Positions 1 to 31,130 of a DNA stretch of 64,000 nt are shown here, one piece after another. The notes beneath the pieces are model-generated. The model did no database searches, had not been told where the DNA came from, and saw nothing but the letters and a program-made list of their open reading frames with translations. The translations under genes were made by a program, and so were the position numbers. The stretch lies in the NCBI RefSeq assembly GCF_009914755.1, contig NC_060943.1; one strand, given 5' to 3'. This DNA is from the human T2T-CHM13v2.0 reference genome, Homo sapiens. Within the stretch, counting starts at the first letter, position 1. Every line of letters starts with the position of its first letter.

Positions 1-244
1 GCTCTGGCCCCCTCTGCACCCACCTGCCCCCAGGCCATCCCCTGAGCTTGCCACTCCACTGCCTGCCAAGAGCCACAGTCAGCTAACCCCTGAGGGAGTG
101 GCCCTCACACCACGTACCTCCTCAGTGCTGTGCCTGCGTCACTGAGCTGATTGGTGACAGGCAGTAACTGTCACCCTGATTTTACAAATGAAGACACCCC
201 ACCTTAGTGGGGCCAAGGCCGCAGAGCCAGAGGGTGAACCCTGA

Positions 245-662
<418 letters not shown>

Positions 663-762
663 TAAATGGCATGTTTTCTGTCTGTGCATGTGTCAACATG
701 TGTCCCCGAGTGTCGGAGGGAGACCCCGCCCCGAACCCAGAGCCCCGTGTGCCAGCATGCAC

Positions 763-3700
763 CTTCTCGAAATGGCCGCTGCGGATGTAGTAGTCGGCGA
801 GAGAACACCAGAGCTTGCCCAGCTGGTCGGTGAAGCGGGTGAGGCCCCCGCGGATGATGGCGTCCACATTGAGGGACTGTACCTTGTCCGGATTCTGGGA
901 GATGAGGTCGCACAGCTCGTGCCACAGCTGCAGGGCATGGGGCAGTGGGGGAGAGTCTCAGGCTCAGTCATGGAGGGGGTGGCCCTCCCACCCAGTTGCC
1001 GGCTCCCGGCAGGCCCACCTGGTAGTTGGACTTGCCGGCCTTAGACACGAAACGCTCGTCGTTCACCACGGTGGCCAGGCGCTGGGCGGCCTCATCCAGC
1101 CGGTCACTTGACTTGAGGTACTCAATGTACTCCTCTGCACTCTCAGGACTCAGCTGGGGACCGAGCCACCCCTCAGGCAGTCAGTGGGGTGGCAGGGCTA
1201 CGCCCACCTCCCGATTCAGTGGCTTCGGGGCGTCCCCCCCCACCCATTTATGAGTGTCTTGGGCAAAAGCAAGCCCTGTCAAACCAGCCTCAGCCCCACT
1301 GGTCCAGCCCGGTTCCTACTGGTCTAGCCTTGGCCCCACTGGGTTAGGCTCAACCCCCTGTGGGTCCTGCCTTGGCTCCACTGGTCCAGCCTCAGTCCTG
1401 ACTAGACCAGCTGTGGACTTTTTGGGTTAGCCTTGACCCGCAAGGGCACAGCCTTGACTGCGGTGGTCCAGTCTCAGCCCCAATGGTCCAGCCTTGGTCC
1501 TTTTGGGTTAGAATTGACCCCCAACCCACAATGGGTCCAGCCTTGGCTCCACTAGTCCAGCCTCAGTCCTGACTGGTCTAGCCTTGGCCCCTTTGGGTCA
1601 GCCTTGATCCCATGGGTCCAGCCTTGACTATAGTGTCCAGCCTGGGCCCCACGGGTCCAGCCTCAGTCCTGACTGGTCCAGCTTAGAATCCAAACGTCAT
1701 AAAACAGATACTTTAAGTTTGAGCAAACCATGCCCCACTCCCGCCCGGCTGGTGCTTCCACTCTCCACCCTGCCTGCTTCTCCCCACCCTTATTCCTGGC
1801 CCTCTTCATGGCTGTGGTTTTACTCTAGTTCATGCCATCAGCTCATATGCATCTGTCTTCCTAGTTAGACTAAAAGCTCCGTGCAGGCAGGGAGTGTCTT
1901 AGTCACACTGTCCTCAGCACCCATCGCTATGCCTAATGTGAAACCAGTGTGAACAAACTATTTGGAAAATAAAGACATGAATCACGGACAACAACAAAAC
2001 ACATGCATCTCCAGGAGCCTCTTCCCACATCCCGTCTGCTGGGTGACATCCTACACGGAGCTAGTGTCACAGTGAGGCCGTTTCTGGAAACTAACCTGGG
2101 GAACCAGCGCACCTGCTAGGCTCACCTTGAGGAAGCGCCGATAGCCTCGCACAGCTGTCTCAGGCAGTGGGTGTGAGCGCAGGAAGCGCAGATACAGGGG
2201 CCAAATTCGAGAGTGCTGCGTGATGGGCAGTGCCCGGAGGGCACGGTCGAAGGTGCGGCGGGTGTGTGTGACGCGCCCCTGGTCCATGAGGAACTGGCAG
2301 TAATCTAGCCACAGACGAGGCATCTGGGGGTGTGGGGAGAGGCGGCTGGGGCTAAGCCACGGACTCCATGGCCTGGCCACAGACACTCGATGTCCTGTGG
2401 CTGAGCCACACCTGGGGCCACCACATAAATGCGGCGGGACCCAGAAACCCCCAGCTCCAGGACTGAGTCCAGCCCAACTTCCCATGCAAAGAAGCAACAG
2501 GAATCCAAGCCCCCATCCCTAACATGCTGAGCCCAGCCCCTGTCCCCGCCCCACCCACCACCATGGACTGAGCTCCACTTCCCGATTCATCCCCTCGCCG
2601 AGCCCCAAACCTTGTGCATGAACACAAAGGCCCTCTCATGACAGTTGTTGACATCTTCATAGGCAGGGTCGGTCACACAGCGATGCTTCACCTGTGCCCG
2701 ACGCGCCTTCAGGTATCGGTACCAGAGTTTGTAGCTGGGGAATAGGAGGGGACAGATGCTGATCGGTCAGCTTTATGGACACCCCCAGAACCATTTGCCC
2801 TGCCCCAGTTGGCAAATGTGGGAAGAAGGGGTGTGGGAGGGGTGACATGTCTCAGCAATGACAGGGACAGACTGGGACATCAGAGAAGGTGTGCTGACCC
2901 ATCAAGGGATGTACAGGTCAGTGATGAAACACGAAGCAATCACCCGGGACCCGGGACCCACTTGGCAGTTTTGTTATAACTGGACCAGGTGGGGTGGGGG
3001 CTGGTGGGCAGGGCAGCTGGAGCCATTCCCACCTGCAGGGCAGCAGCTTGAGTGCCCGCTCGTATAGCTGATTGAGCCTGGGCTTCGGGGCGCCCTGTTT
3101 GAACTCGATGTAGCGAAGCCAGCATTTGACAGAGAATTGGTTCCGCATGATTTCCTCCTCATAGGGGAGGTCCTCTTCCTCCTGCCAGGGCCAGGGAATG
3201 GGAAGAAGAGAGGCCTACCCTCAGAGCCTGTGTGCAGCACCATCCCACTGCTGGGGCTCAGGTCCAAACTCCGGACTTTTACCTAGATCCCACCACCCAC
3301 CAAGGAAGTCAGGTCACCAGATGCCCAGGCACCAAACCAGATGCCCGACACCAAGACAGTGGCCCAGACCTTTACCCCTCAGAATTCAACTACCCAAAAT
3401 CGAACCCAAATCATCAGACTTCTCAGTCATTAGGGCTCTGGGCCAGGAATGAGTCCGCATCACCACTCGCTTTCTGCCCCAGATGGTCAGACTCCTTAGA
3501 TACCAAGGCCCTGGCCCAGATGCCAGTCCTGGACACCAGACCCCACTTCTTCAAAACGTGCCTCTTCCCAGACACCAGGCCTTTGGCCCCTCAGACTCCC
3601 ACTGTCACCATCTGACCCATCTCCACCCCAGGCCCAGATGACCAGATCTTTACCCCAGCCACCAGGGCTCTCAGGTCCAGATTCCAAGCCACTAGCCCCG

Positions 3701-4410
3701 CCCCCAGGATCCCACTAGCCAGCGTCTAGCTCAACTCTGCCCCAGAAATTAAAAGCTAGGCCTTTATCTCACAGGAGGAGTTATACACCAGAAGCCAAGC
3801 CTTTAACTCTGCACACCAAGAATCTGGTGAAGATGTCACGCCTCTACTCCAGAGAGTAAGTATTTCACTGGCCATCGCCTGACAAGCTCCACATCACCAG
3901 GGTTCTTCTAGCCTGGCCACCACCCCAGAAACTGTCATGCTGCAGTCCAGGCCTAGAGACCGCTATCCAGAAAACCAAGCCTTCATCCCAGAAACCAGAA
4001 CCCTGGCCTCGTAAGCAAGCCTTTACTTCAGACACCGATCTTCACCTCTCAAGGTTCAGTTATGCGATCTTCCTCCTCTCCCATTCCCTGCACGCCCCCA
4101 TTTCCGCCCCTGGTTCGGGAGGCTAGACGCTTCCCTTCGACAGTGGTTTTCTACTCAGACCCGAAGATACAACACCATATTTTTACTCCTGGACAGTTCG
4201 GTGCGGACATGACGATCCGGTCTCTGGCCCATTAGGGTTCCCAGACCTTGGCCTGGCAGTTTCGGCCTAAATCTCCTTGCCGACCCAGCCTCGATCCCCT
4301 GCGGCGTCCAGGTCCCAATGCCCCAACGCAGGCCACCCCCGGCTCCTCTGTGGACTCACGAAGACAAGGTCCGGCCGCTCGGGCCGCGAGAGTCGCGCCA
4401 TCACCACCAT
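763..4410 (-). CDS. XAB2: XPA-binding protein 2 / pre-mRNA splicing factor SYF1 (HAT/TPR repeats); 5' part only, continues beyond left edge
   Basis: Coding exons (minus): 4360-4410, 3033-3181, 2611-2734, 2126-2323, 1019-1153, 763-927, all GT-AG and frame-consistent. Spliced translation [76 protein letters not shown]...[17 protein letters not shown] matches XAB2. Confidence 0.98.
1284..1683. repeat. Degenerate ~20-bp minisatellite in XAB2 intron 4
   Basis: Recurrent unit like CCAGCCTYRGYCCYACTGGT; the block CCAGCCTCAGTCCTGACT recurs at 1386, 1557 and 1657. Confidence 0.85.
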
Positions 4411-4716
4411 TTTTCTGGATGCCCAGGTACAGGAGAGAGTCGCGCGCTTATGACGTCTACCACTGACGGCCCGCCCCTCCGAGCCAGACCCGTTTTCTAT
4501 TGGTTAAATCATTTTTGACGGACAGGCCCACGTTATTGACTTCTTTTCGACGACGCCAGCGACCGGAAGCAGAATAGAGGCGCCAGAAGATGCGCCATGA
4601 GGATACACATTGGCCAATCAGCTTCAGCAATGGAGCGTGCAAAACACCAGTGAGCTTCTGTCTTGCTGGAGGGTCGGCTTTGGGCGGAACTGGCTTTGTT
4701 GACCGGGAGAAACGAG
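4411..4716. promoter_or_regulatory. Bidirectional CpG-island promoter shared by XAB2 and PET100
   Basis: The divergent ATGs (4410 minus, 4717 plus) are ~306 bp apart. The interval is CpG-rich with CRE-like TGACGTC (4451), GC box CCCGCCCC (~4470), CCAAT boxes (ATTGG ~4499; palindromic ATTGGCCAAT ~4608-4617) and ETS CCGGAAG (~4563). Confidence 0.9.
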
Positions 4717-6439
4717 ATGGGGGTGAAGCTGGAGATATTTCGGGTCAGTGGACACAGGAGTGGGTTGGGAGGCTGGGCAGGGGATCTTCCTGGATCTGAA
4801 GATGAGGTTGGAAATGGGGGGACTTCAAAGGAAGAGGGAGCTCCAAGGAGAAAGCTCTTAAGATTTGAGAGGAACCTTTCTGGTTGGAAATCCAGGAGAG
4901 GGGACGCTGGGCTGGGGGGGTTCTCGGATTTGGGCTTCTGGGTTTGGGGGCTGTGAGAGGGCTGGTCCGAGGAAGGACCTCAGAGAGGGGTGAGCTGAGA
5001 AGGGGGCTCTAAAGAAGGAAGACTTAAGATCCTGGGGGAGCTCTCGGGCTCGTGGTGGGTGGGTGTCTATGACAGGGAGATTCCTAGACTTCGAGAAGTG
5101 GAGTTGAAGAGTGACGCCTCCTGGGTTTGGGGGTGCTCCCGGGATCTTAAGTGGGGATGGGTAATGAGGTCTCGAGGAGATGCTTTTGATTGTAGCTGGG
5201 GCGTCTGTGTGTCTGTCTGTGTTTGAGAGGAAGACTCCAGCTCAGAGGGAACTTTCAGGAATGAGGCCTCCTGGATTATAGGAGTTAGGTTTTAGGGTGC
5301 GAGGTTTCTGTACCCTTGGTGGGAGTTCTGGGATTCTTGGGTCGGCCGTAACGAGGCGCTTCTGGACTCTGCAGTAGGATGGGTCCCCCAGGCTCTGAGG
5401 AGCCTCTGCACATTGCTTGGGGGGAGCTCACCTCACCCACCCTCTGCCATTCCAGATGATAATCTACCTCACTTTCCCTGTGGCTATGTTCTGGGTTTCC
5501 AATCAGGCCGAGTGGTTTGAGGACGATGTCATACAGCGCAAGGTGGGCATAAGAGGAGTGTTTGAGGGTTCATTCCAGGGGTGGGAGAGGGTGTGGGGCA
5601 GCAGTCTGCTGGGGACTAATGTCTGCCTCCCATAAGCCGACCCTGCCCTGATGTGGGGCTCTGGAGGCCTTTGGCTCGTGTCCCATTTGTGACTTTTCCT
5701 TACAGAGGGAGCTGTGGCCACCTGAGAAGGTAAGTGATCTCTTCTTCCTGCCAGAGGGATGGAGGAGGCTGGATTCTTGTATCCGGGATGGGTTTTAGAT
5801 GAAAATTTTAGGCCAGGCGCAGTGGCTCATGCTTGTAATCCCAGGGCATGGGAGGCTGAGGTGGGTAGATCACTTGAGGTCAGGAGTTCAAAACCAGCCT
5901 GGCCAACATGGCGAAACCCCATGTCTACAGAAATACAAAACTTAGCCAGGCATGGTGGCAGGCGCCTATAATTCCAGCTGCTTGGGAGGCTGAGGGAGAA
6001 GAATCACTTGAACCCAGGAGGTGGAGGTTGCAGTGAGCCCAAGATCACGCCACTGCACTCCAGCCTGGGCAATAGAGTGAGACTTTGTCTCAAAAAGAAA
6101 CATTTTACTCTCAGCCATGAGTAAGGAACCGAGAGCAGAGGAGTAGATGGTTTCCTTATTGCCTTCTCCTGGAAGAGTGAAGCGGATCCCACGCGGACCC
6201 CTTTGTAATTGGCAGGGGGCTTCCAGTGAAGACACTGAACCCTGAAGCCGTGGTCTGGGGCAGGGTGGTGGGAGAGGTGGGCGGGGGGGGGGGGTCCCGG
6301 CTCTGAGGTGTGTGCCCCTCCCCCCTTCCTGTCCCACCCGCTTCTCCACCCCTAGCTTCAAGAGATAGAGGAATTCAAAGAGAGGTTACGGAAGCGGCGG
6401 GAGGAGAAGCTCCTTCGCGACGCCCAGCAGAACTCCTGA
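4717..6439 (+). CDS. PET100: PET100 cytochrome c oxidase assembly chaperone, 73 aa
   Basis: Exons 4717-4743, 5456-5542, 5706-5729, 6356-6439 (222 nt). Translation [73 protein letters not shown]. Confidence 0.98.
5811..6098 (+). mobile_element. Alu SINE in PET100 intron 3
   Basis: GGCCAGGCGCAGTGGCTCA...GTCTCAAAAA. Confidence 0.95.
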
Positions 6440-6476
6440 GGCCTCCAAGTGGGAGTCCTAGCCCCTCCCCTGATGA

Positions 6477-6482
6477 AATATA
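6477..6482 (+). terminator. Candidate non-canonical poly(A) signal (AATATA) of PET100
   Basis: No + strand AATAAA follows the PET100 stop. AATATA is followed by a U/GU-rich stretch (6500-6540). Confidence 0.5.
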
Positions 6483-6516
6483 CATATACTCAGTTCCTTG
6501 TTATTCATTTAAGTGT

Positions 6517-6522
6517 TTTATT
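6517..6522 (-). terminator. Poly(A) signal AATAAA of PCP2
   Basis: TTTATT on the + strand, ~50 nt beyond the PCP2 stop codon. Confidence 0.8.
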
Positions 6523-6571
6523 CTTTTATCAGTTTTTGGGGGCCGAGTGAGACCCAGGATGCCTCAGGCCC

Positions 6572-8340
<1,769 letters not shown>

Positions 8341-9344
8341 GTCCCTGGACTCCAGTCACTTTTCTGCTGGCCTCTGCCCCGGCCCAGTGCCAGAGAGGGC
8401 CTTTTAAACGTCCAGGACGTGGGGGTGTGGATTCCCCCCATCCCCAAATCCCCAGCTCATGCCCCATCTGCTCCCACCCAAGCTTAAGCCCCATAAAGAT
8501 CATCCAGATAATTGTTTGCCCACAACGATGCTGGATCTGGCATGGTGGGTAGGGGGCAGGGCGACCTGAGCTTGGACCTCGCTGTGCCCAGCAGCAATGA
8601 CTGGACCCCAGGGACTCTCAGGTGTGATGTCACAAAAGGCCTGAGCAGCATCCCCACAGTTGGAGAAGGGAGGCCAACAGTGTAGGGTGGTAGCTGGCTT
8701 AGGGAGGACTTGCAGGTGTCCCCACCCAGCCACCCAGGTTCCCCCACTGGCTCCTGAAAGGGCAGCTGCCACCTGCAGTCGGTACAGAAAAAGGAGGTTG
8801 GAGTCAAAGGCCCCTTCCCTCCCTCCCTCTCTGCACCTGCCTCAGACACCACCGGCCACCCTAGCTCCAGCTCTGTCTCCTTGGCAGCAAGTCAAGGGGT
8901 CTCCCAGCCACCCTTCCTTCAACTCACTGTCCCTGGAGCCTGGTTGCCTGCCCCAGACCCCAAAACAAGAAAGTCTGGGGTCTCCTGTTCCCACACCACC
9001 TAAATGCCAGGTTGAGCTATCTCCTCTCCTCTATCACCCTAGCCCCAGGTGGGAACAGGAGGCGAGACTCCCTGGGGACAGAGGCAGGCGGGGAGAGGAC
9101 GTCCCTGCCTTTTCCCCCGAGCCACTGTGGCTTTCCCTCAGTGCCCAAGCAGGGGATACCACTGGGAGGTCCCCATCCCCTTCCCTTCCCTCCCCAAGAC
9201 GCCTTTACGGAAACCAGTGGAAGTTTCATCTCAGAATGAATGGGCTGCACTATCACCACCTCTGCCCGAGCCTCCTCTGTTCCACAAAAGGCCAAGTTCA
9301 CACTCTCTCCCTCTATGCCAATGAAGTGTCCCCCTCCTCAGTAC

Positions 9345-9990
<646 letters not shown>

Positions 9991-10149
9991 GGTTAGTGGT
10001 GGGGTGGCTGGCCCTAACAGCTCTCTGTCCCCCCAAGGGGTCAGGCTGAGAAGCTGGAGGCGGTCCTGGCTTCCATCCCCCCAGGATCTGGAGGGTTCCC
10101 CGCCTTCCCCTGCTCAAAACTCTTGAGAAGACAAAACCCAAACACCTAG

Positions 10150-10600
<451 letters not shown>

Positions 10601-10676
10601 AATGGGGAGGAGGGAGAAGAAGGAAGAAAGGAAGGGAAAAGGAAAGGAAAGGAAGAAATAGCTCAAACTCCTACCT

Positions 10677-10750
10677 ACGGTTGCCAACCGTCCTGGTTTG
10701 CCTGTGACTGTCCTATTTTTAGCACTGAAAGTCCTGCATCCTGGCACTGG
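10677..10750 (+). mobile_element. MER94-like DNA transposon fragment
   Basis: GGTTGCCAACCGTCCTGGTTTGCCTGTGACTGTCC resembles the MER94 terminus. Confidence 0.55.
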
Positions 10751-12032
10751 GATGGGTCAGTCTGACCTTGTCCTACAGAAGTCTGGCCCCTGCTGCCCCC
10801 ACCCTCCAGCCTTCTTAAGCTCGGGGCTCCTCCCTTCTCTACCTGGACATGCTGTGTGGCTGCTTCTAGAATCCATTTAGGGATAATGTCAAAAGGCTGC
10901 TTCTTCAGAGAGGCCCTCGGGGGTCATCCTCAGTAAAGTCCCCTCCCACCCCTACCTTCTGTGGCACTTGTTGTCACATTAGTTTATTTCCTTTAGGGCA
11001 GCATGGATCCTTTCCTATCTCCCCCAGACCTTCGGGTCTGATTCACTCCCTATGTCCCATGTAAGTGGCAGGGGGCTTGGTACCTTCATCAACACGGCCG
11101 AGCGAAGGAACCAGCTCAGACCAGCAAGAGTCTGTTTGCACACATACCTCGCACCTTAAATCGGAGACCTCATTTTGTATGGGTGCTGCTGGGGCTGTGC
11201 CTTCCAAGCGACAGGACACACAGCAGAAGCAGCTTCTGAAATTCCGAGTGTGTGTCTGTGTTTGCAAGCATTTGAGGGCGTCACTCACCCCATGTGTGTA
11301 TCAGCATGTTAATTCGATTGTTGGTCCACGAGGGTAAGCGTTGCGCCTCCCGGAAGAGGGTAAGGCTGTGACAAATGCCCCCTGGGGACAGGCTCCTGGC
11401 TTGAACCCAGCAGGCTCACTCGTCGTGGCCTTGGATTAGGGATCCCGCTAAGCCTCGGTTTCCTCGTCGGCACCGCAGTCCAGGTCGGAACATTGGGCAG
11501 GACTGAATGAAAATTATGTCCAGGTGCCTGCACACAAGAGGTCTCCAGGCCTCCTGAATCCATCAAAAGTTATCCAAGACGGCTGCTGCTGCTGCTGCTG
11601 CCTCTAAACCCTGAAGTACAGAAGGCAAGTGGGTCAAGATCCCAGGCCCAGACAGTGGCGGCCCGGTGGCATCGAGTGGGTGCCGTGTATCTTGCAGGCA
11701 CAGAACCTCCCGGGGAAGATGGAGGGATTATTGCCCTGCGATCCTGCTTCGCACGCAAGCCAGGAAGTGTGTGTCTGAACTCCCATCTGTGAGCGTGTCG
11801 TCGAGGTGTGCACCTCCAGCGACTTCGTGCTCGGCAGCGCGGACGCACCTGCCCGTCCTCCCCGCCAGGGACTCAACTTCCTGGGCCTGGGCGAGAACCG
11901 ACGGCGGGGAGGGGCCAGGTGCGCAGGGGGCGGGGACAGGGCCCGCGGGGCGGGGTCCACGTGGGTGACGCGCGGGGCCACGCCCCCACCTTGGGACACA
12001 CCCGGAAGCGGCGGCGGCGCCCCTCGGGGAAG

Positions 12033-22693
<10,661 letters not shown>

Positions 22694-22730
22694 CCCCTGG
22701 CCCCGCCCCCTACCCCTCCCTTTCCAGAGA

Positions 22731-22736
22731 AATAAA
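22731..22736 (+). terminator. Poly(A) signal of STXBP2
   Basis: AATAAA 37 nt after the stop codon. Confidence 0.85.
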
Positions 22737-22783
22737 CTCTTCCCGTCGCTCTGCCAGCCAGTGCCTACCTCACCTTCTTATCA

Positions 22784-23232
<449 letters not shown>

Positions 23233-23641
23233 TCATTTGAATATCAGCTCTAAGATATTCTAGCGGTGAGGCCCTGACCAACTTCCGGGGTTCCCAATCT
23301 AAAAACAGGGAGCCCAAAATAGCAGCTGCTTTGCAGAGGAGAGAACAGAGATAGCGCAGGAAGGCTGGTGGCGTGCAAGCATGACAGCTGCTGCTACCCC
23401 ATTTTCACTGGAACCATTTTGGCTGCTCCGTTAATATTGTTATTAAGCAGAATGGACCCTGGAACTCCAACCCCCCTAGAACTGTTCCAAGGGGACCTGT
23501 AGGCATACGATGCCAGGAGTTGTGTTCAGCTTCTGCTGTATTCATGTGAGGCACACAGCAAACGCTCCCTGCTTTCTCCTCCCAGCCCCACGGGGTTCAC
23601 AGAGACTCCTGACTGCAGGACTTATCAGGGCCTTCGGTGGG

Positions 23642-24607
<966 letters not shown>

Positions 24608-24944
24608 TCAAGTGAGGTGTGAATCTCACAGCACCAATAGAACAGGAGAGGCCGGGCGAGGTAGCTTACACCTGTAATCCCAGTGCTTTGGGAGGCCTAG
24701 GTGGGAGGATCGCTTGGGCCCAGGAGTTTGAGACCAGCCTGGGCGGCATAACACGATCCTATCTCTACAAAAAAATTTTAAAATTAAATTTTTTTAAAAT
24801 TTTTTTATGGGCGTGGTGTCTTGCACCTGGGGTCCAGTTTACTCAGGAGACTGAGGTGGGAGATCGCTTGAGGCTAGGAGTTTAAGACCAGCCTGGGCAA
24901 CATAGCAAGACCCCATCTCTACAAAAAATAAGAAAAATTAGTCA

Positions 24945-25508
<564 letters not shown>

Positions 25509-26259
25509 TCACTGCTGGAGTGGGTGCCTGGGGAGGGGGCAGAGGGTGGGGAAGCATCCTCTTCAGAGGTAGAGCCTCTCTTACCGCCTGTGCTCAAGCG
25601 ATCCTCCCACCTCAGCCTCCTGAGTAGCTGGGACCATGAGTGCACATCACCAAGCCCAGTTAATCTTTTAATTTTTTGTAGAGACTGGGTCTGGCTATGT
25701 TGCCCAGGCTGGTCTCCTGGGCTCAAGCGATCTGCCCACCTCGGCCTCCCAAAGTACTGGGATGACAGGCGTGAGCCACCGTGCCCGGCCTCTCTCCTGA
25801 TTTTGAGGTCACAGATCCTTTTGAGAATTCAGGGAAATCTAAGGACACTCATCCCAGAAAAACTGCACACACAATTTGCAGGTGGGGGCTAAGGAAAATG
25901 CAGCCCCCTCTGATTCAGCAGTTCCACAATTAGGATTTATCGGAATCTCCCACCAGGGCAGGGAGATGGATGAGGAGAGTTGTGAAGGGGATGAGGTGTG
26001 GGGAAGAAAGTGGGTCGGCTGTGGACCCCTGGGGTCCGCCTGCCCTGGATATGCCTTTGCAGGGCCTCAGCAGGGACGCGTTTTAACTTACGGGAGGTGC
26101 AGGGAGTGGGAGGGAGGTGGTTTTAATGTTTAAAACTTAAGCTCAAGGTCGGGCACAGTGGCTCACGCCTGCAATCCCAGCACTTTGGGAGGGCGAGGTG
26201 GGAGGATTGCTTGAGGCCAGGAGTTTGAGGCCAGCCTGGGCAACATAGCAAATTCCTAA

Positions 26260-26475
<216 letters not shown>

Positions 26476-26490
26476 TAACTCCTGGGCTGA

Positions 26491-26880
<390 letters not shown>

Positions 26881-27600
26881 TGAGCCACCGCGCCCGGCCA
26901 ATACTCGTTTTAATAAAAATTTTAAAATGTATTCACGCCTAACTGGGTAGTTACTTGATACAATAAATGATCTTTTCTAGATTAAGAAAAAAGAAAAAAA
27001 AACATTTAAACTCAATTTCCTGGGAAGCCGCAGTTTTGCGCCGGGAGTGGCTTGTGTAGGCACGCGCTGCGAACGCCAGGGGGCGCTGCGGCGCAATTTC
27101 CCGGTTTCTTTGATCTTCCGCGTCTGTAACTGGAGATGAGGTGACCCGAATTAGACACGACGGGGAAGTAGGTCAGGGGTTATTCCGTGGTTCTCAGCGG
27201 AGACAAAAGTCTGTTGCTTAAACCGCCTCTGCCTCTGCTCCTTACTTATACCCAGGTGATGCAATGTCTTCACACTAAAGGCAAATATTGAGTCTACAAA
27301 TATTTATGTGTCCCTGTGGGCGGCGGCAGCTGACAATATCGGGTCCTAACGAGCACGAAGTCAAGCTCCCTCTGCACGCTTTATGCAGATCCTCAAAACC
27401 CTCCTGTGAGGATCGCTGGAGCCTAGGAGTTCGAGGCTGCAGTGAGCTATGATTGTGCCTCTGCCCTCCAGCCTGGGTGAGAAAGCGAGAAGTTGTGTTA
27501 AAAACAAAAAAAAAGTTGGGGGGCCGGGCGCGGTGGCTCACGTCTGTAATCCCAGCACTTTGGGAGGCCGAGGCGGGCGGATCACGAGGTCAGGAGTTCA

Positions 27601-27879
<279 letters not shown>

Positions 27880-28452
27880 TCAAACACACCACACTGTCCC
27901 TGCCCCAGAACCTTTGCACCTGCTATTCCCATCATCCGCAATGCTGTGCCTTGCAAGCTATTGTACTCCTTCCTCCTTCCCTTCCCCAGCTGGGAGAGGC
28001 CCCTGCTTTACTTCCTTGTGGTATCCCCACTTAGGGTGCTTTCTTTCTGGTTCTCTTCTGGTACCGAGGAATGATCCTCATTCTGGATTTGGCAGGTTGC
28101 TTCCTCTCTCCCCATCCCTGCCCCAATGTTTACCCTATAAATGGCTTAGAACCACATGCTCTATTGGAATAAGGGTCAGTTGCAGCCAGAATAATATCAT
28201 GCTGGTAGGGCCGGGTACTTCCTGGTACATCACATCAGGGGGTCCATAACGTCATGTCACTACGATTGATGGGTGGGTTTGGGGAATGTCCCTGGTCCCC
28301 AGTAACTCTCCACATAAAGATGTTAACAGGAGCTGGGCCCAGTGGCTCACGCCTGTAGTTCCCAGCACTTTGGGAGGCCAAGGCAGGAGGATCACTTAGG
28401 CCCAGGAGTTTGAGACCAGCCTGGGCAACATAGCAAAACCCTGTCTCTACTA

Positions 28453-28846
<394 letters not shown>

Positions 28847-29026
28847 TCACTTGAGTCCAAGAGGTTGAGGCTGCACTGAGTTATGATCTCGGCACTGCAC
28901 TCCAGTTTGGGCGATAGAGTGAGACCCTGTCTCATAAAAAATAAAAATAAAAAAGGAAAGAAAAGAAAAAAAGTCATTAGCAGCCATCAATTTTGTTGTT
29001 GTTATTGTTTGTTTGTTTGTTTTTGA

Positions 29027-29266
<240 letters not shown>

Positions 29267-29771
29267 TAAAGTGCTGGGATTACAGGCATCAGCCACCGTG
29301 CCTGGCCCGCCATCCATTTTTGATTCATTACTCTCTTGAGGATTATGTCCAACTTTATCATTCCTGCTACTGGAATTAGCTGTGGTTCTTCTGAAAAAGG
29401 CTTTCTGCTTCCCTCCGGAACTAGCTGGTTTGTACAGAAAGTGACAACGTGATACATTGACTTATGTATTATTTGTGGAATGCCTTGAGGCAAGCGGTTA
29501 CATGAGCTCAGCAGAAGAGCCTGGAATGGGCACAGCCCTGAGGGTCACGTGTGGCTCCCTTGGAAGCATCTAGGGAGCACCCAGGAACGATTGGCTGCCA
29601 TAGTAATTACTATCTAATTTATTAGATATAGTAAAAATAAATTTATTACTAATTATCACTAACGATTCTGATTACTGGGTGAGAACAATGGTGATCTCAT
29701 GTATTTATGTGCATTACAGGGTGAGAGTTCTCCTTCCTGTGGCGTGCAGGAGATTCTAGAATAGAAACTCA

Positions 29772-30221
<450 letters not shown>

Positions 30222-30224
30222 TCA

Positions 30225-30422
<198 letters not shown>

Positions 30423-30866
30423 TCATCTCCAAAAAAAACACAAATAACAAAAACGTGAGGGTCCAGAGAAATTAAAGCTGCGGGCTGGGCCAGCAGCAGT
30501 GGTGGTGGGATGGTGAAGCCAGCGACCCTAGCAGAGAAATCGGGGACAAAGGAATCAGTGCTGGAGACCTGCAGAGGAGGCGTCCTGGACCCAGACAGGA
30601 AAAGGAGGTGATGTAACTCAACGAAGCAAGGAAATCTCGTGGAAATGAGTAAGGTGACAAAGAGAGGCCACCCAGGGGGAGACCCAGACATTGAGGGTAG
30701 CTTCCCTTTTATTTTCTGTAAAGTTGCTCAAAAACCTTAAAACACAGTTGACCAACAGCTGCTGCCAAGAACATTGTGAAAAGGTTTCTGGGTAAGGAAA
30801 TGGCCCTGCGAATGGGAAGGTTCCGCTCTGGTGGGATCAGAGATGAGGTGTCCAGGGCTGGGATAG

Positions 30867-31130
<264 letters not shown>

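Noticed and set aside
11583-11600. (CTG)6 upstream of STXBP2
   Set aside because: Too short to be notable without evidence of polymorphism.
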